This document shows, piece after piece, positions 8,538 through 17,937 of a DNA stretch of 57,403 nucleotides. Location: positions 1 through 57,403 of IMG/VR virus record IMGVR_UViG_3300028590_000018; one strand, given 5' to 3'. The notes below the pieces were generated by a model, which searched no databases, was not told the DNA's origin, and saw only the letters and a program-made list of their open reading frames with translations. The DNA comes from a virus (taxonomy: Duplodnaviria; Caudoviricetes). Position numbers and translations under genes: made by a program. Every line of letters starts with the position of its first letter. The first letter of the stretch is position 1.

Positions 8538-8788
8538 GCGCTGTCCTGGATTCGTACACCACCGCTAACCAGCTGGGCTGGAGGGTGTCTCGGCTGTCGC
8601 CAGATACCGACACCTTCCACCGCGGGGATGTCGTGATCATCGTCCGCTGGATCACCGACCATGAGGTCGGATCGGCGTACGCGCTGGCATTGAACGGCGA
8701 AGGCGTGGTTCGAGCGTTCCCGAACCAGGGCGATGACAACGGCGAAGCTGCGGTGCGTCGCTGGCTGGGCGAGGTGGTGCTCCGATGA
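8534..8788 (+). CDS. Hypothetical protein (QLGW family, similar to 9457-9750)
   Basis: GGAGG RBS, ATGA overlap. Confidence 0.7.
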   Translation: MSAVLDSYTTANQLGWRVSRLSPDTDTFHRGDVVIIVRWITDHEVGSAYALALNGEGVVRAFPNQGDDNGEAAVRRWLGEVVLR

Positions 8789-9075
8789 CCGGATCGGCCT
8801 ATCGCACCACCGCGGTCCCGCACACCGACACCGCTGACTTCGATGGCGACTGCGCGATCTACGCAGTTTATCCGTCGGCCATCTACGCCCACGGTGTCAC
8901 CAATTACGTGATGGTGCAGGCGTCTCCGCTGGCGAACGACTCAGGTGTCTACCCGTGTGACTCCACTGGGCTGTTGCTGAGTTGGGAGCTGCTCGGCTGC
9001 ATGGTCGGCACCGACCACAGCCGGGTCCTGCGGGTGGCTGGGTGGGAGCTGGAGGAGGTCCGCCATGTCGCGTGA
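8785..9075 (+). CDS. Hypothetical protein
   Basis: ATGA overlap. Confidence 0.7.
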   Translation: MTGSAYRTTAVPHTDTADFDGDCAIYAVYPSAIYAHGVTNYVMVQASPLANDSGVYPCDSTGLLLSWELLGCMVGTDHSRVLRVAGWELEEVRHVA

Positions 9076-9331
9076 GCTGACCGAGGAACAGCGCTGGAAG
9101 GTCGCCAACCAACTCAATGAACTCCCAACCGTCTGCTGGGCGGATCTCGTGGACTGGGCGCTGAAGGGCGCTGTCGAGATCGAGGACGAAGACAACCTCG
9201 GCGAGAGCATCACGTCTCCGGTGCCGGTCATGTCCGGCGGGGTGTGGTGCGCGCTGAACGCCCAGTACGAGGGCGGCTACTGCTACTGCGGTCAGCGCCG
9301 GACCGGGAGGGAGATCACCGATGGCCGCTGA
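9065..9331 (+). CDS. Hypothetical protein (CYCG motif)
   Basis: GGAGG RBS. Confidence 0.7.
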   Translation: MSRELTEEQRWKVANQLNELPTVCWADLVDWALKGAVEIEDEDNLGESITSPVPVMSGGVWCALNAQYEGGYCYCGQRRTGREITDGR

Positions 9332-9470
9332 ACCGTTCTGGCGCAAGTACATCGAGGCCGCCGACAGGATCGACCGCCGCGATGAGGAGCAATTCCACCT
9401 GTCCGAGTTGACGTTCGCCACCGAGGCGGCGTCTTGGATGAACGGGGAGGCCGTAGATGGCTGTCTGTGA
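9321..9470 (+). CDS. 49-aa hypothetical protein (not in ORF track)
   Basis: GGAG RBS; MAAEPFWRKYIEAADRIDRRDEEQFHLSELTFATEAASWMNGEAVDGCL fills the operon gap. Confidence 0.6.
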   Translation: MAAEPFWRKYIEAADRIDRRDEEQFHLSELTFATEAASWMNGEAVDGCL

Positions 9471-9750
9471 TCTGTCCGAGCAAGTCCAGATAGAGGCGTA
9501 CGCGCTGCAACTGGGTTGGGTGCTGCGCCGTATCCGGCAGACCTCCAGGTTCACCGTCGACGGCCAGACGATCGGCGTGTGGTGGGACGACGAGGGTGTC
9601 GCTACTCGCGCCGTGATCACTGACGCTGAGGATCGTGTGACCGCTCGCCGGGAGTCTTATGCGTGGCAGACCGCGACGGTGGGGGAGTGGGTGCGGATGA
9701 TGCTGTCCGCCATCGTGACTGCTCGCCCGGCGGGGGAGGTGCCGGCGTGA
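9457..9750 (+). CDS. Hypothetical protein (QLGW family)
   Basis: GGAGG RBS. Confidence 0.7.
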   Translation: MAVCDLSEQVQIEAYALQLGWVLRRIRQTSRFTVDGQTIGVWWDDEGVATRAVITDAEDRVTARRESYAWQTATVGEWVRMMLSAIVTARPAGEVPA

Positions 9751-9950
9751 CGCAACCTGATGATCTGGTCGAACGCGCCCGAAAGCACCTGGCGGAAGAC
9801 GAAACCCACCTCGCTGCCCTGCGCGCTGCCGCGCGAATGGCTACACGGCTGCATGGCGACGCCAACCCGGAACTGAGTGGCATCGGCAGCGAGTTGTGGG
9901 CGATCGTCGCTCCAGCGATCGCGGACCCGCAAGGCGAGGTGTGGCTGTGA
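9747..9950 (+). CDS. Hypothetical protein
   Basis: GTGA overlap, GGAGG RBS. Confidence 0.7.
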   Translation: MTQPDDLVERARKHLAEDETHLAALRAAARMATRLHGDANPELSGIGSELWAIVAPAIADPQGEVWL

Positions 9951-10174
9951 TCCTGTTCGCCTGCAACGCGATCTGGTGGGCCGTCTTCGGTGTCGGCCTC
10001 TATCTCGTCGCTGCTGTTCTGTGGCATGTGAGCGCGCCCGTGCGCGCCCTCATTGCCGCCTGCGTCGAGCACGGCGACCGGGAAGACGACGAGGCCTGCC
10101 CGGACTGCCCTGACCCGACTGCTGGTTGGGACCGCGGCCACGACGAGTACGTGGACAGGGCGGTGGGTCTGTGA
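9947..10174 (+). CDS. Small membrane protein
   Basis: N-terminal hydrophobic helix; GTGA overlap. Confidence 0.65.
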   Translation: MILFACNAIWWAVFGVGLYLVAAVLWHVSAPVRALIAACVEHGDREDDEACPDCPDPTAGWDRGHDEYVDRAVGL

Positions 10175-10332
10175 CCAAGAAACGCACCCCCTACCTGGAT
10201 GACGAGGAGCGCGCAGCTCTGACGAGAGCTCTGATCGGGATGGGATTCGATACCGCCACAGCCGCGCACCTGGTGATCGTCGCAGGTCGTATCCCGGCAG
10301 TGCCTGCGCCTGGAAGTAGGGGGCTCAGGTGA
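10171..10332 (+). CDS. Hypothetical protein
   Basis: GTGA overlaps. Confidence 0.6.
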   Translation: MTKKRTPYLDDEERAALTRALIGMGFDTATAAHLVIVAGRIPAVPAPGSRGLR

Positions 10333-10580
10333 CCCGATACACCGATCACGACCAGATCGCTATCGCCGCACTGGATATCGCCGAGCAGGTACGCGAAAGG
10401 GGGCCGCTCGAGCTGTACCGATCGCTGACTGCGCAGTGCGCCCGGGACCCGGAACGCATGGCTCAGATCATCATGTGCCTGGCTGTGTGGCTGGACCCGG
10501 CAACGTCCACGCTGCAGCTCGGCCGTCGCGCTGAAGCTGCCACGGCGTCCCGCGTCAAACGGGTCGGTGCGGCGTCATGA
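10329..10580 (+). CDS. Hypothetical protein
   Basis: GTGA/ATGA overlaps. Confidence 0.75.
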   Translation: MTRYTDHDQIAIAALDIAEQVRERGPLELYRSLTAQCARDPERMAQIIMCLAVWLDPATSTLQLGRRAEAATASRVKRVGAAS

Positions 10581-10762
10581 GCATTCGCACCTGGACCAAT
10601 GGCTTGTCTCGTCTGGACATCGAGCGTGAGCGGGACGGCTCACTGCGTTTCGGTGTGCACGGTCTCAACGCCAAGGGCGATGTCGTCGACTTCGGGTACG
10701 CCGCGAAGTTCGGTGGCGCGGATCTGGATGAGATCGCCGAGTTCATCAGGGAGGGCAAATGA
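10577..10762 (+). CDS. Hypothetical protein
   Basis: ATGA overlap. Confidence 0.7.
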   Translation: MSIRTWTNGLSRLDIERERDGSLRFGVHGLNAKGDVVDFGYAAKFGGADLDEIAEFIREGK

Positions 10763-10837
10763 TTCCGGCTGTGCACGACTGCCCGTTCTGCCACACCGCG
10801 GGATGTTCCCACTGCGGCGGCGGGGAGGTAGACGACC

Positions 10838-11677
10838 GTGAACTCTGACCAAGCACCCACCACACGCGGCGTCTATGACTGCATCTCCGACGCGGTCTAT
10901 CACGGCGACCGCAACAGCCTGTCGTCCTCCGGCGCCCGGAAGTTGTTGCCGCCGTCGTGCCCGGCGGTGTTCAAGCACGAACGCGACAACCCGCCGGACT
11001 CCAACGAGGATTACGACCTCGGCCACGCCGTGCACGCTCTGGTCCTCGGCACCGGCCTGGAAATCGTCGAGGTGAAAGCAACCTCGTGGCGCACCAACGA
11101 CGCGAAGAAGCAGCGCGCTGACGCCTACAAGGCAGGCAAAGTGCCGCTGCTCACCGCGGGCGTGAAAAAGGCGCACGCGATGGCTGAGGCCGTGCCCCGA
11201 AATGCGCAAGCGCGAGAGCTGCTTTCGGAGGGCCGCCCGGAGGTGTCCATGTATTGGACCGACCCGGCGACGTGGACGCGGTTACGGGCCCGGCCGGACT
11301 GGGTGATCGAGTCCGGCGAGCTGATGCTGGTCGATTTGAAGACGACCAAAACCGCTGACCCGCAGCTTTTCCGGTCGTCCGCATCTTCGATCGGTTATCA
11401 CCAGCAAGCCGCCTGGTATATCGACGGCGCCCGCGACTTGCTGGATCAGGAGCCGCGGTTCGTCTTCATCGCCTTGGAGAAGGAAGAACCGTACTTGGTG
11501 TCGGTGCACGAGTTCACCCGCGAGGACATCGAGATCGGCCGCCGACTGAACCGCCTCGCCATCGAGATCTACACCGCCTGCGCCGCCGAGAACTACTGGC
11601 CTGGATATGGCGACTACATCCACCAAATGCGCCTCACCTCGAAGGCGCGCTACTTCGCTGAGGAGCTGCTCCGGTGA
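10838..11677 (+). CDS. RecE/exonuclease VIII-like PD-(D/E)XK nuclease
   Basis: LSSSGARKLL, GHAVHALVL, RARPD...VDLKTT, GYHQQAAWY. Confidence 0.92.
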   Translation: MNSDQAPTTRGVYDCISDAVYHGDRNSLSSSGARKLLPPSCPAVFKHERDNPPDSNEDYDLGHAVHALVLGTGLEIVEVKATSWRTNDAKKQRADAYKAGKVPLLTAGVKKAHAMAEAVPRNAQARELLSEGRPEVSMYWTDPATWTRLRARPDWVIESGELMLVDLKTTKTADPQLFRSSASSIGYHQQAAWYIDGARDLLDQEPRFVFIALEKEEPYLVSVHEFTREDIEIGRRLNRLAIEIYTACAAENYWPGYGDYIHQMRLTSKARYFAEELLR

Positions 11678-12222
11678 GCATCGACATGAACTACGTCGAC
11701 GTCGCAGAACGTATCGTCGATGTCCGCGGTGACGCTGAGCGCGTGTACCCGAAGGGGTCGTTCCAGCCGTGGGACAAAGAGCACCCGTACCGGATCGAAA
11801 CCATCGGCGAGCAAACCTATGTCGTGGTGGTCGCCGCCTTCTATCGCACGCCCGATGATCCGTGCCCGGGGGTTGGCAGCGCGTGGGAGATCGTCCCCGG
11901 CCAGACCGCTTTCACGAAGTTCAGTGAGCTGCAGAACGCTGAAACCAGCGCGTGGGGAAGGGCACTCGTCGCAGCGCTCGCCGCGGACACCAAGCGGGGG
12001 ATCGCATCCAAGCAGGAGATGCAGGGGCGCGAAGAGCCCGTCGATCCAGTGGTGGCCGCGCGGATCGAGCTGTCGAAGCTGCTGAAGAAGATCGGCATCC
12101 AGCCTGACGAAGCGGCTGAACGGTTCGCTGCTGACGGCCACGGAGCCATTGGGCAGTCCACCGATGTTGCTGCGATCAAGGCACTCACCGCTCACTACCG
12201 CGAGATGGCGGGTGAGTCATGA
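11674..12222 (+). CDS. Putative single-strand annealing/recombination protein (not RecT-like)
   Basis: Coupled to RecE; YVDVAERI...ELQNAETSAWGRAL...IASKQEM. Confidence 0.6.
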   Translation: MSIDMNYVDVAERIVDVRGDAERVYPKGSFQPWDKEHPYRIETIGEQTYVVVVAAFYRTPDDPCPGVGSAWEIVPGQTAFTKFSELQNAETSAWGRALVAALAADTKRGIASKQEMQGREEPVDPVVAARIELSKLLKKIGIQPDEAAERFAADGHGAIGQSTDVAAIKALTAHYREMAGES

Positions 12223-12584
12223 GCCCAGTGCCGCAGAACTCGAACGACGTCGTCAAACAGTTGGGGGCGTTGTCTCGGCAGCTCGACGAAACCACCCAGC
12301 AGTTGAACGAAGCCGACGTCGCCGCGGTGAATGCCCGCGAGACAGCGAAACTCGCGGAGGCGAAGGCGTTCCTGGCGGCCGAGGGCTCCATGGACATGCG
12401 CAAGAACCAGGCGATCGTCGAGACGCACGAGGTGCGTCTGGCCGCCGAGGTGGCTGAGGCACTTGTCCGTGGACTGATGCGCACCATCCGAACCCTTCAG
12501 TCCCGCATCGACGTTGGCCGTACGTACGGCGCCACCTTGCGGTCGGAGATCGCCCTGTCCGGGAGCGGGGTGCATGGCTCGTGA
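12219..12584 (+). CDS. Coiled-coil hypothetical protein
   Basis: ATGA overlap; helical composition. Confidence 0.75.
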   Translation: MSPVPQNSNDVVKQLGALSRQLDETTQQLNEADVAAVNARETAKLAEAKAFLAAEGSMDMRKNQAIVETHEVRLAAEVAEALVRGLMRTIRTLQSRIDVGRTYGATLRSEIALSGSGVHGS

Positions 12585-13015
12585 GTATCTCTCCCCGTGT
12601 CCGGGATGTCGTCCGCCAGGAGTGGGCGAAGAGGCAACCGCGGCGGCCGAAACCGGCGACCGAGTTCGTGAAGGCCGTGAAGGAGATCCTGCTGGCGCGC
12701 TCGGGTGGGCTGTGCGAGCTGGATTCCTGCGGCCCAATCGAGGTGTATCACCATCGGGCGCCTCGTGGCCGCGGCGGTAGCTCGCTGGCCTGGATCGGCA
12801 AGGCAGCGAACGGGTTAGCGCTCAGCAACCGCTGTCACGATGTTGCCGAGGGCAGGCTCCCGGACTCGTCTCGCGTCACCTCCTACGCCAACGGTTGGTT
12901 GGTGCGCCGCAACGGCGACAAGCAGTCCGCTGATGTCCCTGTCTTGTACCGCGGTCGGTGGGTGCTGCTCGGTGATGACGGCAGCGTGCGACCGGTCGGG
13001 GGTGACGCGGCATGA
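12581..13015 (+). CDS. HNH-family endonuclease-like protein
   Basis: RSGGLCE...HHRAPRGRGG...AANGLALSNRCH. Confidence 0.8.
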   Translation: MSISPRVRDVVRQEWAKRQPRRPKPATEFVKAVKEILLARSGGLCELDSCGPIEVYHHRAPRGRGGSSLAWIGKAANGLALSNRCHDVAEGRLPDSSRVTSYANGWLVRRNGDKQSADVPVLYRGRWVLLGDDGSVRPVGGDAA

Positions 13016-13671
13016 GGCCTCGACTGCTCGATCTGTATTGCTGCGCTGGTGGCGCCGGTGAGGGTTACGCCCGGGCGGGATTCGAGGTCGTGGGTGTGGA
13101 CATCGAAGCCCACCCGAACAACCCGCACGAGTTCCATCAGGGCGACGCGATCGAGTTCCTGATGGCGCACTGGCGAGAGTTCGACGCGGTCCACGCCTCA
13201 CCGCCTTGTCAGGCGTACACGCCGCTCGGCGCCCTGCATCCGCACAAGACGTACCCGGATTTGATCGAGGCGACTCGCGCCGCTCTCGACGACATCGGTT
13301 TGCCGTACGTGATCGAGAACGTCATGTCCGCGCCGTTGGACAAGAAGAGGTCGATCACCCTGTGTGGCGGCATGTTCGGGCTCAGGACCTACCGTCACCG
13401 CCGGTTCGAGTCCCGCCTTCCCCTCATCGCACCCGCTCACCCGAAGCACGTGATCCGCACGGCCACCAAGCAGCGCAAGACGTTGTGGGCGCAGGGCTGG
13501 CATGTGTCCATCACCGGCGACGTCGGCACCTATGTGGGCCCGGAAGCGATGGGCATCGACTGGATGACCGGTGACGAACTGTGCCAGGCGATCCCGCCGT
13601 CATACACCGATTGGATCGGTCGCCAGCTACTCGCGGCGGTCAACGCCGAAACGGAAGGAGTCGCGTCGTGA
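13012..13671 (+). CDS. DNA cytosine (C5) methyltransferase-like protein
   Basis: LLDLYCCAGG (motif I), ASPPCQ (motif IV), IENV (motif VI), RHRRFE. Confidence 0.9.
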   Translation: MRPRLLDLYCCAGGAGEGYARAGFEVVGVDIEAHPNNPHEFHQGDAIEFLMAHWREFDAVHASPPCQAYTPLGALHPHKTYPDLIEATRAALDDIGLPYVIENVMSAPLDKKRSITLCGGMFGLRTYRHRRFESRLPLIAPAHPKHVIRTATKQRKTLWAQGWHVSITGDVGTYVGPEAMGIDWMTGDELCQAIPPSYTDWIGRQLLAAVNAETEGVAS

Positions 13672-13979
13672 AGAACGAACCCTTGTGGCAGAACGTCACA
13701 TCCGTCAATTCCGCCCCGCTGTCGCAGCTCTACAGCGCTCCCGCCTACCGGGCCAGCGCAGCGGAGTCCGCCAGCTATGCGCAATCGAAATCGCAACTGC
13801 CGTGTGATGAATGCTGCGCGGTGCAGCACGAGACCCGCGGCGAGTTCGGTCCACGCATGCAGACCAAGGTGCGGCGCACGTTCAAGGGCGGTCCGAACCT
13901 CCGACTGTGCCGTCGGCACGCCAACGCTTGGCGTGAGCGCGACGAGCAGGACCTCAAGAAGCGCGGCGCCCCCTCATGA
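13668..13979 (+). CDS. Zn-binding hypothetical protein
   Basis: CDEC...LCRRH; GAAGGAG RBS. Confidence 0.7.
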   Translation: MKNEPLWQNVTSVNSAPLSQLYSAPAYRASAAESASYAQSKSQLPCDECCAVQHETRGEFGPRMQTKVRRTFKGGPNLRLCRRHANAWRERDEQDLKKRGAPS

Positions 13980-14863
13980 CCGCCCCGTGCGTGGCGTGCG
14001 GGCGCGACGTCGGCGAGCAATGGCAGGTGTTCTCCCGCACCAGCGGCCCCTACCACCTGGTCTGTCACGGCCGGGCACACCCCAACCAGTACGCGCGTAC
14101 AGCACCAATCACCCCGGAGGAAGAGAAGATGACGGTCGAAGTGATCTGGCTGCCCGGAACCGGGTTCTCGACGGGCCCCGACATCATTTCCTCAACATTC
14201 GGTGCCGCCCTGGACCCGTACCGGTTCCAGTTCCAGTCACTCCGGTACCCGGCTGCTTACGGCAGTGCGGGGATGTCGTACGCCGAGAGCGTCCGGATCG
14301 GCAAGGCGGCGATGGTTGAAGCGATCCGCGCTACCCCCTACCGCGCGGTGATCGGGGGATACAGCCAAGGCGCCGGTATCGCCGGGGATTTGGCGGCGGA
14401 GATCGGCCAAGGATTCTGGCCCGACCTGGACGTCGTCGGCTGCGCGCTGATCGCCGACCCTGCCCGCCCACATGGTGCCGGTATGCCGGACTGGCCAACA
14501 GCTTCCGGGTACGGCATCACCGGGGAACGACCGATCGAGGGTGTGCCTACCTGGTGGGCGGCGAACGAAGGGGATCCGATCACCGCGCTGCCGTCCGGGA
14601 ATCCTCTGCGTTCCATCGCTGACCTTTCGGAGTACTACAGCCTCCGCTCGCCTGGTGACGCGATCCAGTGGATGGAGAGGCTGGCTGACCGGGCACGACG
14701 GAATCAGTGGCAACGGTGGTGGTCGATCGAGAACTGGCGCAGCTGGGGCGGAGCTGTGGCGTACGCGCGCGGGTATCTGTTCGACGGGCGCCACGGATTT
14801 GACTATGTCAATCGCGGTCACGCGCATCGACTTGCTGAGGTTGTGAACGAGGCGATGTCGTGA
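13976..14863 (+). CDS. Cutinase/PE-PPE-like alpha/beta hydrolase (LysB-like); a second strong start at 14129
   Basis: WLPGTG, YPAAY, GYSQGA nucleophile elbow, IADP, GDPI, C-terminal H. Confidence 0.85.
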   Translation: MTAPCVACGRDVGEQWQVFSRTSGPYHLVCHGRAHPNQYARTAPITPEEEKMTVEVIWLPGTGFSTGPDIISSTFGAALDPYRFQFQSLRYPAAYGSAGMSYAESVRIGKAAMVEAIRATPYRAVIGGYSQGAGIAGDLAAEIGQGFWPDLDVVGCALIADPARPHGAGMPDWPTASGYGITGERPIEGVPTWWAANEGDPITALPSGNPLRSIADLSEYYSLRSPGDAIQWMERLADRARRNQWQRWWSIENWRSWGGAVAYARGYLFDGRHGFDYVNRGHAHRLAEVVNEAMS

Positions 14864-15065
14864 TGGTTGCTGGCGACACTCATCTATGTGACATGGGCGC
14901 TATTGCGATGTCACGAATTGCGTTGTTACGCAGGGGAATCGCCGACCAATGGGTTGGTTTGCTGATCGGAAACGGCGTAGAATCAGAGACGGCCCCAGGG
15001 CCGGTGCGTCAACACCGGGACTCCCCAGGGCCTACCCGCCTTCCGCACTACCGGAAAGGGGCCTC

Positions 15066-15362
15066 ATGAGCATAGCTATGCCTAGGGACTCTTCGCCCGC
15101 CGATCCGACGATTGGCTTCTCCGAGCATCGCACCTATCTGGTCGACATGCTCGATTCGATTCGCCGCCAAGAGCAGAACGTTGCCGAGAGCAAGGCGCAC
15201 TATCTGCTGCTCGCCGTCGAGAACGGCATGGCGATCTCCGATATCGCTGAGGCTGTCGGCATGTCGCCGTCCGGTGTGCGCGATGTGGTACGCCGCGCCA
15301 AGGCCAGTCCGCCCTATCTCGGTTCCGGCGACGCTGCCGGGCGACTCCCGGAGGTGATGTGA
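15066..15362 (+). CDS. HTH DNA-binding protein
   Basis: GMAISDIAEAVGMSPSGVRDVVRRA. Confidence 0.8.
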   Translation: MSIAMPRDSSPADPTIGFSEHRTYLVDMLDSIRRQEQNVAESKAHYLLLAVENGMAISDIAEAVGMSPSGVRDVVRRAKASPPYLGSGDAAGRLPEVM

Positions 15363-16252
15363 GTTATCAGGCGAGCGAGTGGGCGTGTCGAGCGGCGCGG
15401 ACCGGTAGCAGTTCTGCCAAGAGCGTCCTCATGGTGATGGCCGAGGTTGCCGATCCGGTGGGGTGCGGGGTGCGGCTGTCTCAGAAGTCGATCGCTGAGC
15501 GGTCGGAGCTGACCGAACGCACTGTGCGCCGGGCGTGGGTCCTGTTGGAGGAGAAGGGGTTTATTCGGCGCGGCGATCAGAGGTTGGTGGCGCATCTTCC
15601 CGCGAGTCATCGGCCAATCGTTTGGGACTTGGATTTGACGCTCGAGGTGGCTGCCGAACCTACCTCGCGACCGGACACAGTGTCCCCCCAGACCGGACAC
15701 TCTGACCCCTCAGACCGGACAGAGATTCCCCCCTGTGCGGACACAGAGTCCCCTCACCCCCGGACAGAAAGTCCGGTCACCACCGGACAGGATGTCCCCT
15801 CACCCCCGGACACAGTGTCCGACAAAGCGTCATTAGAACCGTCCTTAGAACCGTCAGTTGAACCGTCCTCTTTTTCTTCGCCGAAAACGGCGAAGCGCAG
15901 ACGCAAACCAGAGACCGCCCTCCCTGACTCCTGGCGACCTAACGACTCGCACAACAAGCTCGCCCGCGAACTCGGACTGTCAACCGAAGAGGCGCGGTTT
16001 GAACTCGACCAGTTCCGCGACCACGCCCAGCAGAACGACCGCCGCTGCCGCGACTGGGACGCGGCATTCCGCAACTGGTTGCGCATCGCCGCCAAACGCA
16101 ACAACGGCAATCGTCGCCGCCCCGCCCGCGCCGCGACCATCGCCGCCGCCGAGGCAACCAAGCACAGCCCCGACCCAGAACTGATGAGGCGCGCATGGCC
16201 CTCTCAGAACCAGCCCGCGCAACTGCGCGCCATCCCGGGAGGATTGGCATGA
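15359..16252 (+). CDS. Replication initiator (N-terminal HTH, iteron-encoded linker)
   Basis: AKSVLMVMAEVAD...SQKSIAERSELTERTVRR; LPDSWRP...FRDH...DWDAAFRNW. Confidence 0.88.
   Translation: MSYQASEWACRAARTGSSSAKSVLMVMAEVADPVGCGVRLSQKSIAERSELTERTVRRAWVLLEEKGFIRRGDQRLVAHLPASHRPIVWDLDLTLEVAAEPTSRPDTVSPQTGHSDPSDRTEIPPCADTESPHPRTESPVTTGQDVPSPPDTVSDKASLEPSLEPSVEPSSFSSPKTAKRRRKPETALPDSWRPNDSHNKLARELGLSTEEARFELDQFRDHAQQNDRRCRDWDAAFRNWLRIAAKRNNGNRRRPARAATIAAAEATKHSPDPELMRRAWPSQNQPAQLRAIPGGLA
15671..15821. repeat. Seven iteron-like repeats (probable origin)
   Basis: CGGACA-initiated units about 21-24 bp apart, several palindromic (GGACACAGTGTCC). Confidence 0.85.
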
Positions 16253-16485
16253 CCCACGACGAGATCGTGACCCTGCTTCAGGTAGTCACCCGCTACGACG
16301 GCCGCGACATCGACGAGAGCTCGATCATGGTGTGGACCGAGACCGCGCGCCGCCGCCAGTGGACGTTCGACGCGGCGATCGACGCCGTGCACGAGCACTA
16401 CGCCGACCAGACCCGCTGGATCATGCCCGGCCACGTCACCCAGATCATCCGCCGCAAGCGCAACCAGAACTGGCAGGAAGACTGA
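16249..16485 (+). CDS. Helicase loader/inhibitor-like small protein
   Basis: Lies between initiator and helicase; YDGRD...AVHEHY...IMPGHV. Confidence 0.75.
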   Translation: MTHDEIVTLLQVVTRYDGRDIDESSIMVWTETARRRQWTFDAAIDAVHEHYADQTRWIMPGHVTQIIRRKRNQNWQED

Positions 16486-16486
16486 C

Positions 16487-17797
16487 GTGACAGACAACCA
16501 AGCCATATACGACAGCACTGCCGAACGGGCGCTGCTCGGCGCCGCGATGATGTCTCCCGAACAGACCCGCGACACCGTCCTGGCGATGCGCCCAGACGAC
16601 TGGTACACCGCAGCGTCGCAGAACCTCGCCGCAGTCATCGTCGGCATGATGTCGGCGGGCAACCCGGTAGCGCCGGACACCGTGCTCGTCGAGGCCGCCA
16701 ACCGCGGTCTGGTCCCGGCCCGGGTGAACCCGATGTTCGTGCTGTCGTGCCAAGAGAACGCCGCCCTGCCGGAATCGGTGAGCTTCCACGCCGAGCGGAT
16801 CAAGGGCCTCGCCGCGATGCGGCAACTCAACTCCGCCGCGATGCGGCTGACGCAGCGCACGAACTCGGCATGGGAGACCGGCGTCGACCGCGTCGACATC
16901 GACATCCACATCCGGGAAATGCGCCGCGCTCTAGACGAGGCCGAGCAGACCGCCACCGCGCTCGACTACCGCCCGCCCGTGGGGATCTCCCAGTACCTGG
17001 ACTCGATCAATGAAGAGCACGACTGGCTGGTGCCGGGCTTGCTCGAGCGCATGGATCGGATCGTCCTGACCGGCGCGGAGGGCACAGGAAAGTCTTACCT
17101 GTGCCGTCAGGCCGCGTGCACTCTTGCCGCCGGTTTGCACCCGTTCACATCGTCGCTGCTGGGGTCTGGCAACTATCAGGCACGCGTGCTCTACATGGAC
17201 TGCGAGAACTCGCCCCAGCAGTCCGCCCGCCAGTTCAAGTCCATGCTTGGGATCGTCGACCAGCGCCGCCACAACATGGGTTTGTCGCCGATGGACTGGA
17301 GTGAATGGATGTCGCTCGAGGTCCGGCCTGCCGGGATGGACCTGCTGTCCGGAGCCGATGTCGTGCAGCTGGAACGGTCGATCAACGCGTTCGCCCCGGA
17401 CCTGGTGGTGCTGGGGCCGCTGTACAAGCTGCACCACGAGAACCCGAACGAGGAGAAACCCGCCCGCGAGATCGCATGGATTCTCGACGGACTGCGTGAG
17501 CGGTACAAGTTCGCGCTGCTCACCGAGGCGCACGCCGGTAAATCGACCACCAGCGACGGCCGCCGCAACATGGCACCGATCGGGTCGTCGGTGTGGCTGC
17601 GCTGGCCGGAGTTCGGGTTCGGATTGCGGCGTTCAGAGAACGACACCAGCAAGGGCCGCGCCCAACTGGTGGACATCGTGTCCTGGCGCGGCAGCCGAGA
17701 AGAACGGCAGTGGCCCAGCCAACTCCAGCACTCCCACATTCTTCCGTGGATGCCTGCGGACCCCGCCTACTACGACGACGCCAGGTCGACCGCATGA
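16487..17797 (+). CDS. DnaB-like replicative helicase
   Basis: AERALLGAAM N-domain; Walker A GAEGTGKS; YMDCEN. Confidence 0.9.
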   Translation: MTDNQAIYDSTAERALLGAAMMSPEQTRDTVLAMRPDDWYTAASQNLAAVIVGMMSAGNPVAPDTVLVEAANRGLVPARVNPMFVLSCQENAALPESVSFHAERIKGLAAMRQLNSAAMRLTQRTNSAWETGVDRVDIDIHIREMRRALDEAEQTATALDYRPPVGISQYLDSINEEHDWLVPGLLERMDRIVLTGAEGTGKSYLCRQAACTLAAGLHPFTSSLLGSGNYQARVLYMDCENSPQQSARQFKSMLGIVDQRRHNMGLSPMDWSEWMSLEVRPAGMDLLSGADVVQLERSINAFAPDLVVLGPLYKLHHENPNEEKPAREIAWILDGLRERYKFALLTEAHAGKSTTSDGRRNMAPIGSSVWLRWPEFGFGLRRSENDTSKGRAQLVDIVSWRGSREERQWPSQLQHSHILPWMPADPAYYDDARSTA

Positions 17798-17937
17798 GTA
17801 CCGCACTACCTGTCCGTTTCCGCACACGTGTCCCGTATCGGGCCAATGTGTCCCCCCAGCCGTGGCGACTTTGCGGAGCGGACACCGTCCGCCCGCGCAC
17901 AAGCAGCAATCAACGCAGCGAACGAAAGCGAGAGCCG

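Noticed and set aside
13012-13671. Restriction-modification system
   Set aside because: Orphan methylase; the neighbouring HNH is a common phage type with no sign of a cognate restriction enzyme
17593-17937. N-terminal extension of NrdH
   Set aside because: It overlaps the helicase end and looks non-coding; the glutaredoxin fold starts at ATG 17938
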